A DNA stretch of 64,000 nucleotides from Azolla caroliniana (taxonomy: Eukaryota > Plantae > Polypodiophyta): positions 6,324,001 to 6,388,000 of the forward strand of contig JBHGNT010000008.1 of assembly GCA_043228905.1 (NCBI GenBank). The letters run 5' to 3'. Positions 14,234 to 28,762 of the stretch are shown here, in pieces (the stretch's first letter is position 1; the number at the start of each line of letters is the position of its first letter). The notes under the pieces are model-generated. The model was not told where the DNA came from, did no database searches, and saw only the letters and a program-made list of their open reading frames with translations. The position numbers were made by a program, and so were the translations under genes.

Positions 14234-16632
14234 TCTTATCAAGTAGACGAGCAAACATCATGCCTAGTTCCATAAGTTTGGTCATATCCTAGTACGGAGC
14301 TCTTGAAGTTTGAACTGGTATCACCTTGTAGGAAATGTTGAAAATTATTTCTGATGTCCTTATATACAAGGCGTTTGAAAGTGATATGTACTTCTATTTC
14401 TAGTACATTGAGGCAACATATGTCACATTTTCTCTTTTTCTACTCAATATTCTGGCAACCCATTGTTTCAAGCTTCAATGTATGTCCATGTGCTTTAGTG
14501 TGATGGCACATCTCTCTCTTGGGCATGTGCTAAATGTAAACTTGTGCATGGCCAACCACCCTCAATAGTCTCCCATTATTGAGTATTAATGTGGCAATAG
14601 TATTCAAACTTACATTTATGTTGGGTTGTTCTCCATTTCGTATGGAGGAATACCAATGTAGTGGAGTAACACACACACACACACAATTAGATTGGGCGCA
14701 ATCATGTTGCTCCTTGTTATTTTTTGACATACAAAATCCAAGTTTTTTCAACATAATTATGAGAAGTTTATGATACAACTTTGTGCACCTAAATTGTATG
14801 CATATTAGAATGGGAAAGTAGTTCCTTTGATTCTATAACTTAGACTAAAATGTCCATCTACCCATTCCATAATATTCTCAAGCATATCCTTTACGATATT
14901 CATTTTTAAATAGTTCTTGAAACCATTGATCCAAATAAAAGAGGATGAAACCATAACCTTACAAACAAAATGAGGAATGTGACATCACAAGATCCTGTGG
15001 ACAATATGTCATATCATATATTTGAATTGACATAGTTGTTTATTTATATCCTTTGGAGTGCATCAACTTTTAGATGGAAAGTATGGCACGCCATTGTTCG
15101 CCACTTATGAAATTCAATAAGCACATAATGCTATATCAAATTAGTCCACAATGTTTTTCCTTTCCCCAAACCTTGAAGAGCTTTCTGAATGTGTAGATTT
15201 TAAAATCGAATCCATTCTTGTTGTAGCCAAACTCAGTAAGGGAATGCATGAAAACAGGTGCACCAATTTTCTCATTAGTTGATTTTGAGGCAAATTACAT
15301 GTCCATATTCGATTTAATAAAGAAGCATCATACAAACATTTGTTGTGGGTCGAAGAAAAATAAAAGTATCCTTTACAAGGATTGCCTTTCATAAACAATG
15401 ACATCTTTTCCACCTAAACCTTGGTTGTTCGGTTTTGAGAAACTGAGATTTAGAGAACTACACGATCTTGTCACTTTGTGGGTGAGTCCAAACGTTGGTC
15501 TCATCATGTTGTGTAGTTATTTTTATTCATATATATTTTCTTCACCTTTATCTTGGCTTTGATTTCCATGTAATAATTTTGCTCATTTAACAATTTGTAC
15601 TTCATCATCTCCTCCATGTTTCAATATCGTATTTCTGCTTGTTCCATTAATGACTTTGGTCTTCTATCTTTAATCATTTTTCTTTTTTGTAACTAATAAT
15701 GATGGTCACCTTTGGCTTTTGGACAATAACAACAAACATTCAAAGGCTTGAGTTTCTTTCCTCTTTGAAGGTTTCTCGTTTGCATAATCATCAAGAGTCT
15801 CTACAATCTTTTGATATGAATTTTATTGATAAACATCCAATGAAAAGTGTTTATCGAAATTTACAACATTAGACCCTAGACATTTGTAAGAACCATTATA
15901 AGAAATGACTTCTGAAGATGTTTTGAGAACACAAATGTTATGGGCATGACCATATGATATCCCATGGTGAGAATTTACCGTAGTATTCTATACGCATGCA
16001 TAAGTGTGAGGGTTAAACGAGAGTGTAAAGAAGGGAGAATTACTTTTAATCCTTGGGATTGAGACAACCCATTAGACCAAGTGTGAACTTGCCTAGGGGC
16101 CTTGGGTCTTGCTATATATATGAGGCCTAGGTACCCTCATTTCATCATCTCTTGACTACGTCGAGACTCAGTTTCGTGGTGGGTCAACTCTTGTAACGAG
16201 CGTGCTAGCACCAGGTACGACTCGACGCCACGGCGGTGGTATGGGACGCCGATCGAGGCTCCAGTCCGTCTCAATCCCTTCACTCGGGGATGGTCAGGTG
16301 GATCGACACCCTTCATTCTCTCTTACCTTTCTTATTTCTTAAATCGTATATCCTTATCATATACTTACGTTAGACCATCGCTCTAACAGTTGGTATGAGA
16401 GCTCATGTTTCTAATGTTCCTTTTGTTGGTTTTTGTTTTCTTCTTGATTGACGTGTGGTCAACCTTGATCCAGATAACAATCAACAAAGGAACTTCGGTA
16501 ACTTTTCCTTCTTTTTTCTTATTCTTTCTTCTCCCAATATAATCATGTATAGTCAATATGTGTTGTTTTTCATTGATTCAATAATGTTGTAGTGGTAATT
16601 AATTGGTTGTATCAAATGTTCACATATGTGTA

Positions 16633-16861
16633 TGAGGTCAATACCTCATTTGACATATATTTGATATGTGATTTGTGTCGTATGCGTACGAGGTCAATAC
16701 CTCACATACATATGTTACATTTGCGTATGAGGTCAATACCTCGATTTCTATGTAAATGATATGTGATTTGTGTCATATGCATAAGAGGTCAATACCTCAA
16801 TTGTGTATTACGATTAACCCTTAATATTGGATGTTTCGTGTGCGTAGAGGCTATATGCCTC
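16633..16861 (+). repeat. Five short hairpin repeats in the Gypsy 5' leader
   Basis: GAGGTCAATACCTC at 16634, 16690, 16729 and 16785, plus variant GAGGCTATATGCCTC at 16847. Confidence 0.85.
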
Positions 16862-19651
16862 GATTACATATCTTGATTACATCATTGTTGGCTATTTGAT
16901 ATTACGATTTTTTTTATATGCATATGTGGTCACGTGTATACGTATTTGATCGTATATATGTGATAAATATACATATGTGTATATTAGTTATTACGTGATT
17001 TCTATATCATATGTGTATATTCGAGGAAAGGATCTTGGTGGCCATCCTCACATTTTTGTGAGAATGGCGTAGTCACCATCCTTTTTTAAACAATCTTTTT
17101 TGTTGACATCCCCGTTGATCACTTCGACTTCATTACGTGACGAAACGATCATAACCACAATGATGGTGAGAACGTAGGGCTTGACCCACTTCATGTGAGG
17201 TCGCTCCTATGACACACATATTCAACATCCCTCCCTCATTACATGGATACGATGCCACCATGAGATCATTCTTACGAAAGGCATTCGTAATGACGTAACC
17301 ATGTGATGAGCCACGTGGGCCTACTATGAAAAGAGGGCTCATTTGGCTTGACCATTAGGTTGCACTTTGGCGTATGCCATCGTAATTATGAGACTTGAGG
17401 TTAAGTAACATACCAACATAGTTTGTGGTAAACGAGAGGGAAATAAGGACTCTTGACATATATATTTCTTTTAGAAAACATATATGGGCAAATGCCTCGC
17501 ATATCTCTTATACGCATAAAACGTTAAACATTCAACACGAACAACCTATTTGGTTAGCTCAAGTGTTTAATGCATCTGTTCTCGAGTTCAAATATGACCA
17601 AGACCATACAACATTGTTGATACATATGACTATAACACATGTTTAGACTTTAAGTCTAAGTGCAATTCAGGGTCCTCGTAATAGGACTTAAAGAGCCGAA
17701 ACCACATACGTGGGCACAGAAACATAGTTTATTGTTAACATTTTTTCCGTGTATAAACTATTCATGACACGAACATAAATGGTTGAGGCTCGGGGAGCCG
17801 CCATGAAAAAATCGATATAGAGATCAGGGAAAGACATTCATTTGTGACCCCCATGGTTTTTAAAACACCTTTGTGTTACCATAGTAACCTAATCTTGAAC
17901 CTCATCTCATACGTCTAAAGGAGTATTGACGTGAGATCATGATATTGATTAATGTTGGCCCACGTGGTTGGGCCGATGGTAGTCTCATTTTGAGCTCTGT
18001 CCCACGCCAGATAGTACGAAGATTGCATATGTCGGCCGAGAACTAGGGTCTAAGGCCGCCGCCTGGTGGCGTGGGCTCCGGACTTTGGGGAAATTGCCCG
18101 ATACCTGGACAAATTTTGTCACAGTTTTCAAGGGCCAATTTCTACAACCTCCCTCTCGAACCAAGGCAACACAAGCTTTAATGAACCTCTCTAGCATGAA
18201 GTTTTCCTTGCTAGAAGACTATGTTCACCATGCTAGAACCCAAATCCAAAAATCAGGTCTAGAAGGAGACAATTGGTTGATAGCTTGTTTGGTCAATGGC
18301 ATCCCCAATTCGGACTATCACTGGATAGTGCACGATAAGGATTCAAAATCCTTCGAAGAGGCCGTTGAAATAGTTCTTCTCTAACAACGCACTTTGAAGG
18401 ACCATAACAAACCGAATGAAGCGCCTGGGACTAAGCAATCGCAATTCGCTAGGAAACGCAAGACACCCAACGAATTCATGGATCGTGATTGTAAGCGACA
18501 ACATCCTTTTTGCGTATTCTGCAAAAATAAGGGTCATACAAAAGAACAATGTCGAAAGCTCCAATAGAAAGAGCACGAAAATAGAGAAAAAGTTGCAGAC
18601 CATAAAGGTCAGATTCCTAATGACCTTGAGGTCTATACACATCATTTAAGTAATTGTCAATGTTCTTTCCCTCACTATGTATTGGGACCCAATGATTTAC
18701 TACGTGCAAACGGGTATATCAATGGATCTCCCGTACAGTTTTTATTTGATTTGGGAAGCTCACACAATTTTGTGAATGATCATTTGGTTCAGATATGGGG
18801 AATCAAACCCACCGTAAGTGATCACATCTTTAGGGTGCACTTGGCTGATGGAACAGTACAATACATCAATGGGGTGATTCAATCATTAGGAATTTCTCTT
18901 GATACTTACATAGAGGAAGTAGACTTCCATGTAATGAATCTTTGTACCATTGATGTAATATTGGGTTATCCCTGGTTTTTTAATAAAAACGCTTCTTCAT
19001 CTATTGATTGGGTTAATCATTCAATTACTTTTGTGCTAAACGATTTTACTCATTTTATTCAATGTGTTAAAAAATAATCCTTTCCATTGTTTCCTCTCCA
19101 TCAATATCCGAGTTGTCTTGTTCTACTTGTTGAGAGACAAGCTCAACATTCGGTGCGAAGTACGCAGCGTAACCCACTACGTAGACTAGGTGCGTGAAAA
19201 AGTATGCACAACAGGGCCGCATCGGTGTGAAAACCGAAGAGGCCGTTAGAGCGTTATTCCTCATAAGGAATAATTTTGGGAGTGAGTGTCGCGGCTCATT
19301 TATGAGCGTCAAGTACTGTCAATACTTTTGTCAACCCGATTGTCAGGGCTTGTATATAAGGTGCTCACTGAGCACGAAGTATGTACACAGAACAAAGTGT
19401 CATTATTTTGAATCCGAGTTTTCTGTTGTTTGCTCTCTCTCTCCATCTCCATCTCTGCGTTTTCTGTGTTTTACTAAATTGTCTTATTCCTCCAAACTGT
19501 GTACTCTGTGTTTTCGCACACACTTCCGCACAACGTATTCTTTTACATGGTATCAGAGCGCGAGGGTTGAAGTCCTCTACAGCCGACAAGAAAAGTTTGT
19601 GACGAAACAGAGTTGAAGTTGTTCGCTTTCGGAGAAGAAAAAGACAATACT

Positions 19652-22600
19652 ATGGACAGAGGAATGGGAAGCTCACTTCTGACTGAAAAGCTTGACAGAA
19701 GCAACTACGCATCTTGGTCTTACAAGATGCACCAGTACCTGCTCGGCCATGGCTACTGGAGTTATGTCGAAGAAGCAAACGATGTGGCACCCGACTCGAC
19801 ACACAGGGACTATCCGGCTTGGGAACAAGCGGCAAGCAAAGTGTTGTACTGCTTCACGTCCTGTGTGAGCGATCAGCTTTTGAGCTATATTCGGGATGCC
19901 AAGACGCCGAAGGACGCGTGGGTGAATCTCAAAAGGATTTTCGCCACCAGCACAACGGCCAGAAAGCTGCAGCTCAGACAAGAGCTCAACAATGTACGAC
20001 AAAGAGATATGTCGGTGGCTAATTACACCACCAAGATCAAAGAAATTTGCGACTCTCTCGCCTCCGTCAACGTGAACGTCGAGGAAGATGAAATGGTGCA
20101 GGTTTGTCTTGGTGGCTTGGCATCAAAGTTTAGACCTTTCCAAACGGCAATTTGCATGAGGGAGATTACACCTTCGTTTTTCAAGCTTCAGTTAATCTTG
20201 CTCATAGAAGAAAACCATGCAGGTGCGTCGACAAGTGCGCACACCGATGGCAAGATGCTTTACACGAAGGATGATAGGCCCCGTGGTCGTGGTGGACGAG
20301 GCGGATCGGTGCGCAACGAAGGCGGCCAAAAAGAGCAGAATGTACGGCATAATAGAGATGTCGGAAGTAATTCCAAACCCTCCACAAGCAGGGGGAGTCA
20401 TGGCGGCGCCGGAAGATGGCAAGAGAAGACCGCGCCGGATTGCTGGTACTGTGGCAAGAAAGGCCACAAGGAGAGCGAGTGCTGGAAAAAGCGAGCCGAT
20501 TCGGACAAAACCGGATCGAGCCGAAGAGACGCAGAGAGGCGTTCGAGATCACACTACGCGGAAAGCTCTGAACGAGCCGAAAACAAATCGGGCCCAGCCT
20601 TCGTAATGAAGCATAAGGCCAATTCTATGGTCGTGAACACCTCGAAATCAAGCGAGGTGTGGTATGTTGATTCCGGAGCGTCAAATCATATGACGAGTCA
20701 CCAAGAATGGTTCTCATACCTGGAGAAACCGGAATCACAAGGAGTGGTCAAAACGGGAGATCACACTCCGCATACCATCGAACATGTCGGCGAAGTTCCT
20801 CTCAACCACGTCGGGCAGAAAGGGAAACTCATGAACGTGTTGTACGTCCCGACAATAACGAAGAACCTAGTGTTGGTCGATCAGATCGTCGACCAGGGAA
20901 TGCAGGTTTGATTCACGCATCTCGGCTGCTTCATAGAATGCAGGGATGTTTATCCTCGACACTAATCAAGCCGGAACTGCGTTGTACGCGAAAGGACAAA
21001 AAGTCGAATCAGATATCGACCTGTGGCACAAGGGGTTCGGCCACGTAAATTTCCCACGGCTTCGTGAAATGCAGACGAAGAACATTGTTTTCGGGTTGCC
21101 GAAATTTCGTGGCCAGAGTGGCCAAGTCTGAGAAGCGTGTCAGATGGGAAAACAACACCAACTTCCATTCCCCAATGAGCGTAATCGTAGTCAATGTCCG
21201 CTAGATTTGATCCCTTCATATGTGTAGGGTTCGGCACAGAACGTGAGTCTCGGTGGAAACCATTACTTTGTAACCTTCATCGACGACTTCACTCAGCACA
21301 CGTGGGTATGCACGATCGCGAAGAAGAGCGAAGTCTTCGCATGTTTCCTGAAGGTTAAGAGCCTTGCAGAAAGGGAAATAGGGCGTAAGATCAAATGCCT
21401 ACGATTCAATGGCGAGGAGTACTTCTCCGACCAGTTCACAAGTTCTCTACAAAAGGAGGGAATTCGACACGAATTCTTGTGTAGATATAAGCCAAAGCAG
21501 AACGGCGTAGCCGAGCGGAAGAATCGGACGATTGAAGAAGCAGCTAGGGCAATGCTTGAAGAGAAGCATATGCCGAAATTCTATTGGGCCAAAGCCGTGA
21601 AGACGGCTATCTACTTGCAGAATTGGACTTCTGCTAATTGAGGAATGTCGCCAAATGAGCTGTATTTCGGGAAGAAGCCGAACTTGGCACACTTGAGGAT
21701 TTTCGGCAGCATCGCGTATGTGCATGTGCCGAAGGAGATGAGGAGGAAGCTAGATGCCAAGGCTGAGAAATGTATCTTGGTCGGCTATTCAGACGAGCAA
21801 AAGGGGTATAAGTGCTATAACCCCCAAACAAAGGAAGTACGCGTAAGCCGCGATGTCGTATTTGACGAGTCCGCTTCGTGGTACTTGCCTTCTCCTCCAG
21901 AACCTTATGACTCCATTCCAATTTCTGAAGAAGAAATCAGCGAGGCTGAAATGCCTTCGCATGATGAGGACGTCGGAGCTCTGAGAGAGAGTCCAATCTC
22001 ATTTCGGCTAAGCGGGCCAATTGAGGGGTTGGGCTGAGATGGCCAACCAGATGATGAGACGTCGTGCATTCACCGTGCACGAAGCCGAGGAGACAGCTTA
22101 CGCGCAAGGAAAAAGGCAAGAAGAAAATGTCAGAATACGACTTCGGCAGCGCTGAGTCAGAACTGAAAAAGAACCTCCACGGAAGAGGTCAACAATAGCC
22201 GAGAAGGTCGTTAAATCGGGTAATCACGAATTACGCCGATCTACCCGCCTCAAAAACCCCGTAAAGAGATACGAGTATAATGAGTACATGGCGCACCACT
22301 AATCGTACATGACGCGAGTGGCGGAAGTGCGTGAGCCGGAGAGCTACGCAGAAGCGGCGAAGGATGCAAATTGGTGTGCCACAATGGAGGAAGAGGTGCG
22401 CCCCTTAACGCAAAACGAGAAATGGGACCTGGTTGACACACCGAAGGGTGTGAATCCGATCGGCTGCCGGTGGGTGTATAAAGTGAAACACAACACGGAC
22501 AGCTCCGTCAACTGCTACAAGGCCCACTTAGTAGCAAAAGGCTACGCGCAACAACGCGGCATCGATTATGATGAGACCTTCGTGCATGTCGCGAAGATGA

Positions 22601-24421
22601 CCATCGTCCGTGTTCTACTAGCCGTAGTGACGGCAAAGGGGTGGCACTTACATCAGATGGATGTAAAGAATGTGTTCCTACAAGGTGATCTTGAGGAACA
22701 GGCGTAAATGGTACAACCCCCCGGATTTCTATCCGAACAAAACACCTCAGCAGTCTGCCGATTGAAGAAACCCTTATATGGACTAAAGCAAGCCCCGCGA
22801 GCTTGGAACGCAAAGATTATGCAACAATTGTGTAGGATGGGGTTTGCAACGTCGAAATCAGACTCTTCGCTATTTGTTCGACAAGGTCAACACGGATCGA
22901 TTAGTATCCTATTATATATGTTGATGATTTAGTCATCGCCGGTGCTGACCTGGACGAAATCCGTCGCGTGAAATCTCAGCTTGCGGCATCGTTTGAAATG
23001 AAGGATCTTAGAGACCTTCATTACTTCCTCGGGATTGAAGTGATCCGTACCCCCGAAGGCATATTGATCAACCAGCTTCATTACGCGCTCAACATGCTCT
23101 TCAAGTTCGGGATGGCAAACTGTAAGCCCATCTCGACCCCTCTGGATAGAAACACGAAGCTTTGCCCAGATAGGGCCAAGGCATGCGACCCAACACAGTT
23201 CCGATAGATTGTCGGGAGCCTTATCTATTTGACAATTACTCGGCTGGATCTTAGCTACCCGGTCGGCTTAATCAGTCAATTCATGTCGCAGCCTACGGCC
23301 GAACACTTTCAATGCACGCAACGGATATTGTGATATGTCAGCGGCACGAAAGACATGGCGTTGTTATATCGAGCAGGCATACCCGAACAATTAGTCGACT
23401 ACACGGATGCCGATTGGGCCGGAAACGCCAATGATCGTAGATCCACATCCAGATACGCCTTCTCGTTAGGAAGTGCGGCGATCGCGTGGAGCAGCAAAAA
23501 GCAGCCCACAGTGGCACTTTCGGGTACGGAGGCCGAATATCAAGGGGCGACTATCGCTACGTGCGAAGTCATTTGGCTGAAACGGCTATTACAGATCTGC
23601 AAGTAGAGGTGTCTGATCCGACGACGATCATTTGTGACAACCTCAGTAGTATCCACCTTGCGAAGAAGCCCATTTTCCACGCCCGGACCAAGCACATTGA
23701 GGTGCATTACCATTTTATCCGCGAGCGGGTCCTTTCAGGTGAAGTCGAACTGGTGCATGTTCCGATTGATCGGCAGGTTGCCAACATCTTCACCAAGCCT
23801 CTTGGTCTCGACCAGTTACGGCATTTCACGAGTGAGCTAGGGTTGTGTCACCTCAACATGCCGAACTTGAGGGGCAGAAAGGAAGACGAACAGGAACAAG
23901 AGCATGAAAGGAGCGGAAGTGACCGTGATGAGGAATCGGATGAAGAATTCGATTTCGAACCGGCTGAAAAAGCTAAAGAAGAAAGCAAGGGCTGCAATCG
24001 TAGGGAAGAGCCGAGGAAAGCCAAATCAGGGGGAGATACAGCCAAGAAGGGTGTAAAGGCCAAGACCAAGATGTGGTCTAATGTAGTCAAAGGCCTGAAG
24101 ATTGAGGACGAATTGCAGACAGCCAACTCGGATGAGAGTGAAATTGAATCGGAAGAGTTTGATTCAATCAGTATGTTCGATTCGGATACGGCGAAACAAC
24201 TCAAGGCCATGCGGAGAAAAGGGCAGCAAAGGACACGTCGACACCGTGACAGCAAGGGAGCTGAGAAGGACCGAACTAGCAAACAAGCCAACCAGAAGGG
24301 TCAAAGCGCGTGGAATCGAACGGGTCGAGGAGCGCGAGCGAGGCATGAAGCCAAAAGGAACCGGAGCATAGATCCAGCGGAGCAAGTGGAACCTCAGGTT
24401 GAGCTTGAGGGGGAGTGTTGA
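19652..24421 (+). pseudogene. Copia gag-pol polyprotein with frameshifts and stops
   Basis: Gag with CWYCGKKGHKESEC knuckle, WYVDSGAS protease, QNGVAERKNRT integrase, LYGLKQAPRAW RT, YTDADWAG and HARTKHIEVHYHF RNase H, followed by an acidic extension. Confidence 0.9.
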
Positions 24422-24789
24422 GACACAAGCTCAACAATCGGTATGAAGTACACAGCGTAACCCACTACGTAGACTGGGTGCGTGAAAAAGTACACACAAC
24501 AGGGCCGCATCGGTGTGAAAACCGAAGAGGCCGTTAGAGCGTTATCCTCGTAAGGAATAATTTAGGGAGTGAGTGTCACGGCTCATTTGTGAGCGTCAAA
24601 TATTGTCAGTACTTGTGTCAGCCCGATTGTCAGGGCTTGTATATAAGGTGGTCACTGAGCACGAAGAATGTACACAGAACAGAGTGTCATTATTTTGAGT
24701 CTAAGTTTTCTGTTGTCTGCTCTCTCTCTCTCTCCATCTCCATCTCTGCGTTTTCTGTGTTTTACTGAATTGTCTTATTCCTCCGAACT

Positions 24790-25599
24790 TGTTGGGAGAT
24801 AGGTCCCTCCGGATGGGAAGGGAGAAGAACAGTGCTGAAGAACAAACTCGGCCGAGGCCGAAACCGTATGACAAGTACCCGGCTACGGAGAGCCGGATGA
24901 TGCAGACCCGGTGAGAACCGGCTGAGGAGTACCCGGCTACAGAGAGACGGATGGTGCAGACCCGGTGAAGAACCGGATGAGGAGTACCCGGCTACGAAGA
25001 GCCGGATGGTGCAGGCCCGGTGAGAACCGGATGAGGAGTACCCGGCTACGGAGAGCCGGATGGTGCAGGCCCAGTGAGAACTGGATGAGGAGTACCCGGC
25101 TACGGAGAGCTGGATGGTGCAGACCCGGTGAGAAGTGCTCACCGGATGAAGAGACATATTCGTAAATATGTTTCTGAGAGTCCATCGTGGCTATATTTGT
25201 AAATAGCCGAAAAGTCATATTAGTATAAATATGACTTAGGGCAAACTTTTAGCTGTTGTTGTCATACTTGTTGGTGCAAGGAAAAAGAGAGAGTGTGTAA
25301 CAGTGTATAGAGACAGTGAGAGAGAAAGAGGTCGTTACCTCTGTTGTAACCGCCGCCTGTGGCGAAGATCGTGAGCACGAGGTCGTTGCCTCCGTGAACT
25401 CACTGTTGTACATTCTAGCATAGTGATAGTTTGCAGCCTGTGGGCTGCCGTGGTTTTTCCCTTAGTTTGGGTTTTCCACGTAAACATCCTGTGTACTCTT
25501 CTCTCCTTCGTGTCGTGTTTTCTTTCCCGTTTTCTGTGTCTGATCCTAAGCTCGGTTGTGGCCGAGCGTTGTGTATAAGGAGCGTTTTAGTTCCTGTTA
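24790..25599 (+). mobile_element. Solo LTR (family X) inserted in the Copia 3' LTR
   Basis: Starts TGTTGGGAGATAGGTCC; imperfect TSD GAACT/GAACA; host LTR resumes at 25605; right end approximate. Confidence 0.8.
24874..25148. repeat. 54-bp tandem repeat x5 inside the solo LTR
   Basis: AGTACCCGGCTACGGAGAGCCGGATGGTGCAG(A/G)CCCGGTGAGAACCGGATGAGG units at 24874, 24928, 24983, 25037 and 25091. Confidence 0.9.
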
Positions 25600-28500
25600 G
25601 AACAGTGTACTCTGTGTTTTCGCACACGCTTCTGCACAACGTATTCTTTTACACTACTTTATTTTATTGTGTACTTGTTCCGAACATTCACGTTTACAAT
25701 ATCGATAATGTCTCGGTTCAATTATCATATTTTGAACAACAACAACTCGATGAAATCTTAAATGATTTTCATGATGTTTTTCCGAGTTAACTACCACATG
25801 AGTTACCTCCTAAATGTAATATAGACCATCGTATAGATATTGTACCTGGCGTTGCACCAATAAGTATACCTCCTTATCGCTTAATTCGATCCGAAGAGGA
25901 TGAGGTATCGAAGCAACTCAAGGACTATTTACAAATGGGTTATATACATTATAGTAAATCTCCATGGGGTGCACCTGTTCTCTTGGTAAAAAAGAAAGAG
26001 GGCACATGGCGTATGTGTATTCATTACCGACGCTTGAATAAAGTGACGAACAAGAATTCATATCCATTGCCCTGGGCTAACGATCTAATTGACCGTCTCC
26101 AGGGAGCTCGGTATTTTACAAAACTTGATCTCCGTACGGGCTACCACCAAATTCGTATGAGTTTTTGGATATGCCTTTTGGTTTGACCAATGCTTCGGCC
26201 ACATTTCAACAAGAAATGAATGACATTTTTTGAGAACAACTTGGAAAATTTGTTGTTATTTTCTTGGATGGTATTCTAGTTTTTAGTCATACATTAGAAG
26301 AACATGCTAAACATGTCCGCTTTGTTTTACAAACATTGCACGACAAGCAATTCTACGCGAAGGTCTCAAAATTCGAGTTCTTCAAGAAATCAATTACTTA
26401 TCTTGGACATCTCATAACCGAACGAGGAGTTGAAATTGATCCTTCTCGCATCGGAAAAATCAAACTTTGGCCCACTCTTCGGAATATTCGAGAAGTTCGA
26501 TCATTCCTTGGTTTTGTCGAGTTTTTGCGAAAATCCCGTCGTAATCACTCCTAATTGACGACGTTGTTTACTGATCTTCTAAAAGGTCAAACGTGTAAGT
26601 CTACAAAACCTATTCTATGGAATGCTACATTAGACCTCGCCTTTAAGGAACTCAAGGACCTTGTGTGCAAGCTCCTTCGCTTCTTTTACCTGATCCTTCA
26701 AAACCTTTTGAGGTTGAAACCGATGCAAGCGATTATGTTATAGGTGTTGTCTTATATCACGATGGTAAACCAATGGCATTCGAAAGTAAGAAACTTGATT
26801 CTGCTCAATGTCGATATACCGTTCAAGAAAATGAATTATTTGCAGTTATACATGCACTCAAAACGTGGCGCCATTATCTTTATGGAAATCGTTTTGTGGT
26901 AACTACGGACCACGAGTCCTTGAAATATTTTTGTGACCAACAAGACCTGAAAGGTCGTAATGCACGATGGGCTGATCTCATCTAGGACTTTGATTTTTCC
27001 ATACGATATCATAAAGGTTCCATGAACACTCTCGTTGATGCACTAAGTCGCATCCGTGAAGTTAACATGCTTAGCTTCATTGAAATAACATCAGATCTTT
27101 ATGATCACTTTCGAGGAAAGTATCCTGATGACAGTTATTTTGCGAAATATTGGGCAAGAGTTGAGTCTGGAACAGACACCACCACATCCTCGAAGGAATA
27201 CTTCCACATTACTAACGGTCTACTCGACCGTAATGGGAAGGTTTGTGTTCCATATTTGCCTGAGGTCAAAAAGAGAATTCTTTTTGTCAAATGCCATGAT
27301 GCACCCTCAGAAAGGCACCTTGGAATACATTGTACACTCATTCTCATCTCCACTCAATTCTATTGGCCTAAGATGCGTCCTGACATACATAGCTATGTGA
27401 CTAAATGTCACCAATCTCAGGTTAACAAAGCCGAGCGACTTAAAGCCGTAGGAGTTTTACATCCCTTAAACATTCCCAATAATAAGTGGAAAAGTATATC
27501 CATGGATTTTATTGTTAGCCTTCCTTGCACCCAAAAAGGCCATGATGCCATCTGGGTTGTAGTTGATAGACTAACTAAAATGGCGATATTTATTGCTACT
27601 AAAACCACAGTAATAGCTCCTGAATTGGCTTACCAATTCGTTGACAGGTTATTTCATTTTTATGGGTTACCGATAGATATCGTGAGTGATCGAGATCCAA
27701 AGTTTACTAGTGACTTCTGGACACAAGTCTTTAAGAAGTTAGAAACTATGTTGAGCATCATGGATCACCCTCAATCCGATGGACAGAGAAAACGCGTAAA
27801 TCAAATTATTGAGGACATGCTTCGAGCATACGTTGGTGCAAAACCAACAAAATGGGAACGTTATCTCCCAATTTTGGAGTTTTCTTATAACAGTTCCAAG
27901 CATACATCGACGGGATATAGTCCTTTTATGTTGATGTATGGTTTTCATCCACGAGCCCCAATTGTTGTTAATATACATCATGATGAGTTGCGAAGTACGC
28001 AAAACATTCTTCGGGATATGCAAGATATGTTGCCTATTGCACGAGATAATATAAAAACAACTCAAGACAGAGTGCGTTTTTACATCGACCACAATAGGCA
28101 ACCTCATGTATTCAACCCTTGACAGAAAGTATTTTTACGTGTATTCAACCTCACAATTCTAAGACATTGACTACGTGTAAGTGCGCTAAGTTAGCCCCAC
28201 GGTTTTGTGGATCTTTTCAAGTCCTCAAACACATTGGTTCATCAGCCTATCGTCTCGCTCTTCCCCGATGGCGTTGAAATTCATCCAGTTTTTCATGTAA
28301 GTCATCTAAAAGAACTTCTAGGTTATGGTGACAATATAGTTACAACTGAAATTGTGGTTACTTTTGAAGAATTATCTTCTAAACCACATGTACCAGAAAT
28401 ATTTCTCGATGTTAAAACAAAAAATTTGCGTACGAAAATAATCCGAGAAATTAAAATTAAATGGATTGATAAGTCTATCAAAGATGCCACATGGGAACAC

Positions 28501-28762
28501 GAAAATACTCTTAGAACTAGCTTCCCTAATTTTCCATTGCAAGAGTGCAATGTTTTAAAGAGGGGGAGTATGTTACAGGCATGACCATATAATATCCTGT
28601 GGTGAGAATTTGCCGTAGTATTCTATACACGTGGATAAGTGTGAGGGTTAAATGAGAGTGTAAAGAAGGGAGGATTACTTTTAATCCTCCGGATTGAGAC
28701 AACCCATCAGGCCAAGTGTGAACTTGCCTGGGGGCCTTGGGTCTCGTTATAAATATGAGGTC

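Larger units (their letters stand above)
19128..25653 (+). mobile_element. Ty1/Copia LTR retrotransposon nested between the Gypsy protease and RT
   Basis: TSD CTACT at 19123-19127 and 25654-25658; 5' LTR 19128-19547; PBS TGGTATCAGAGC 19548-19559; 3' LTR 24416-24789 plus 25605-25653; domain order gag-PR-INT-RT-RH. Confidence 0.95.

Noticed and set aside
14300-15935. Coding-like minus-strand sequence that seems to continue at 29321-31400, possibly a decayed DNA transposase
   Set aside because: Many stops and no motif I can assign; needs a tblastx or HMM search.
24874-25218. Repeat-protein ORFs or a CRISPR array
   Set aside because: A 54-bp head-to-tail repeat inside an LTR with no unique spacers; the ORFs arise because 54 is divisible by 3.
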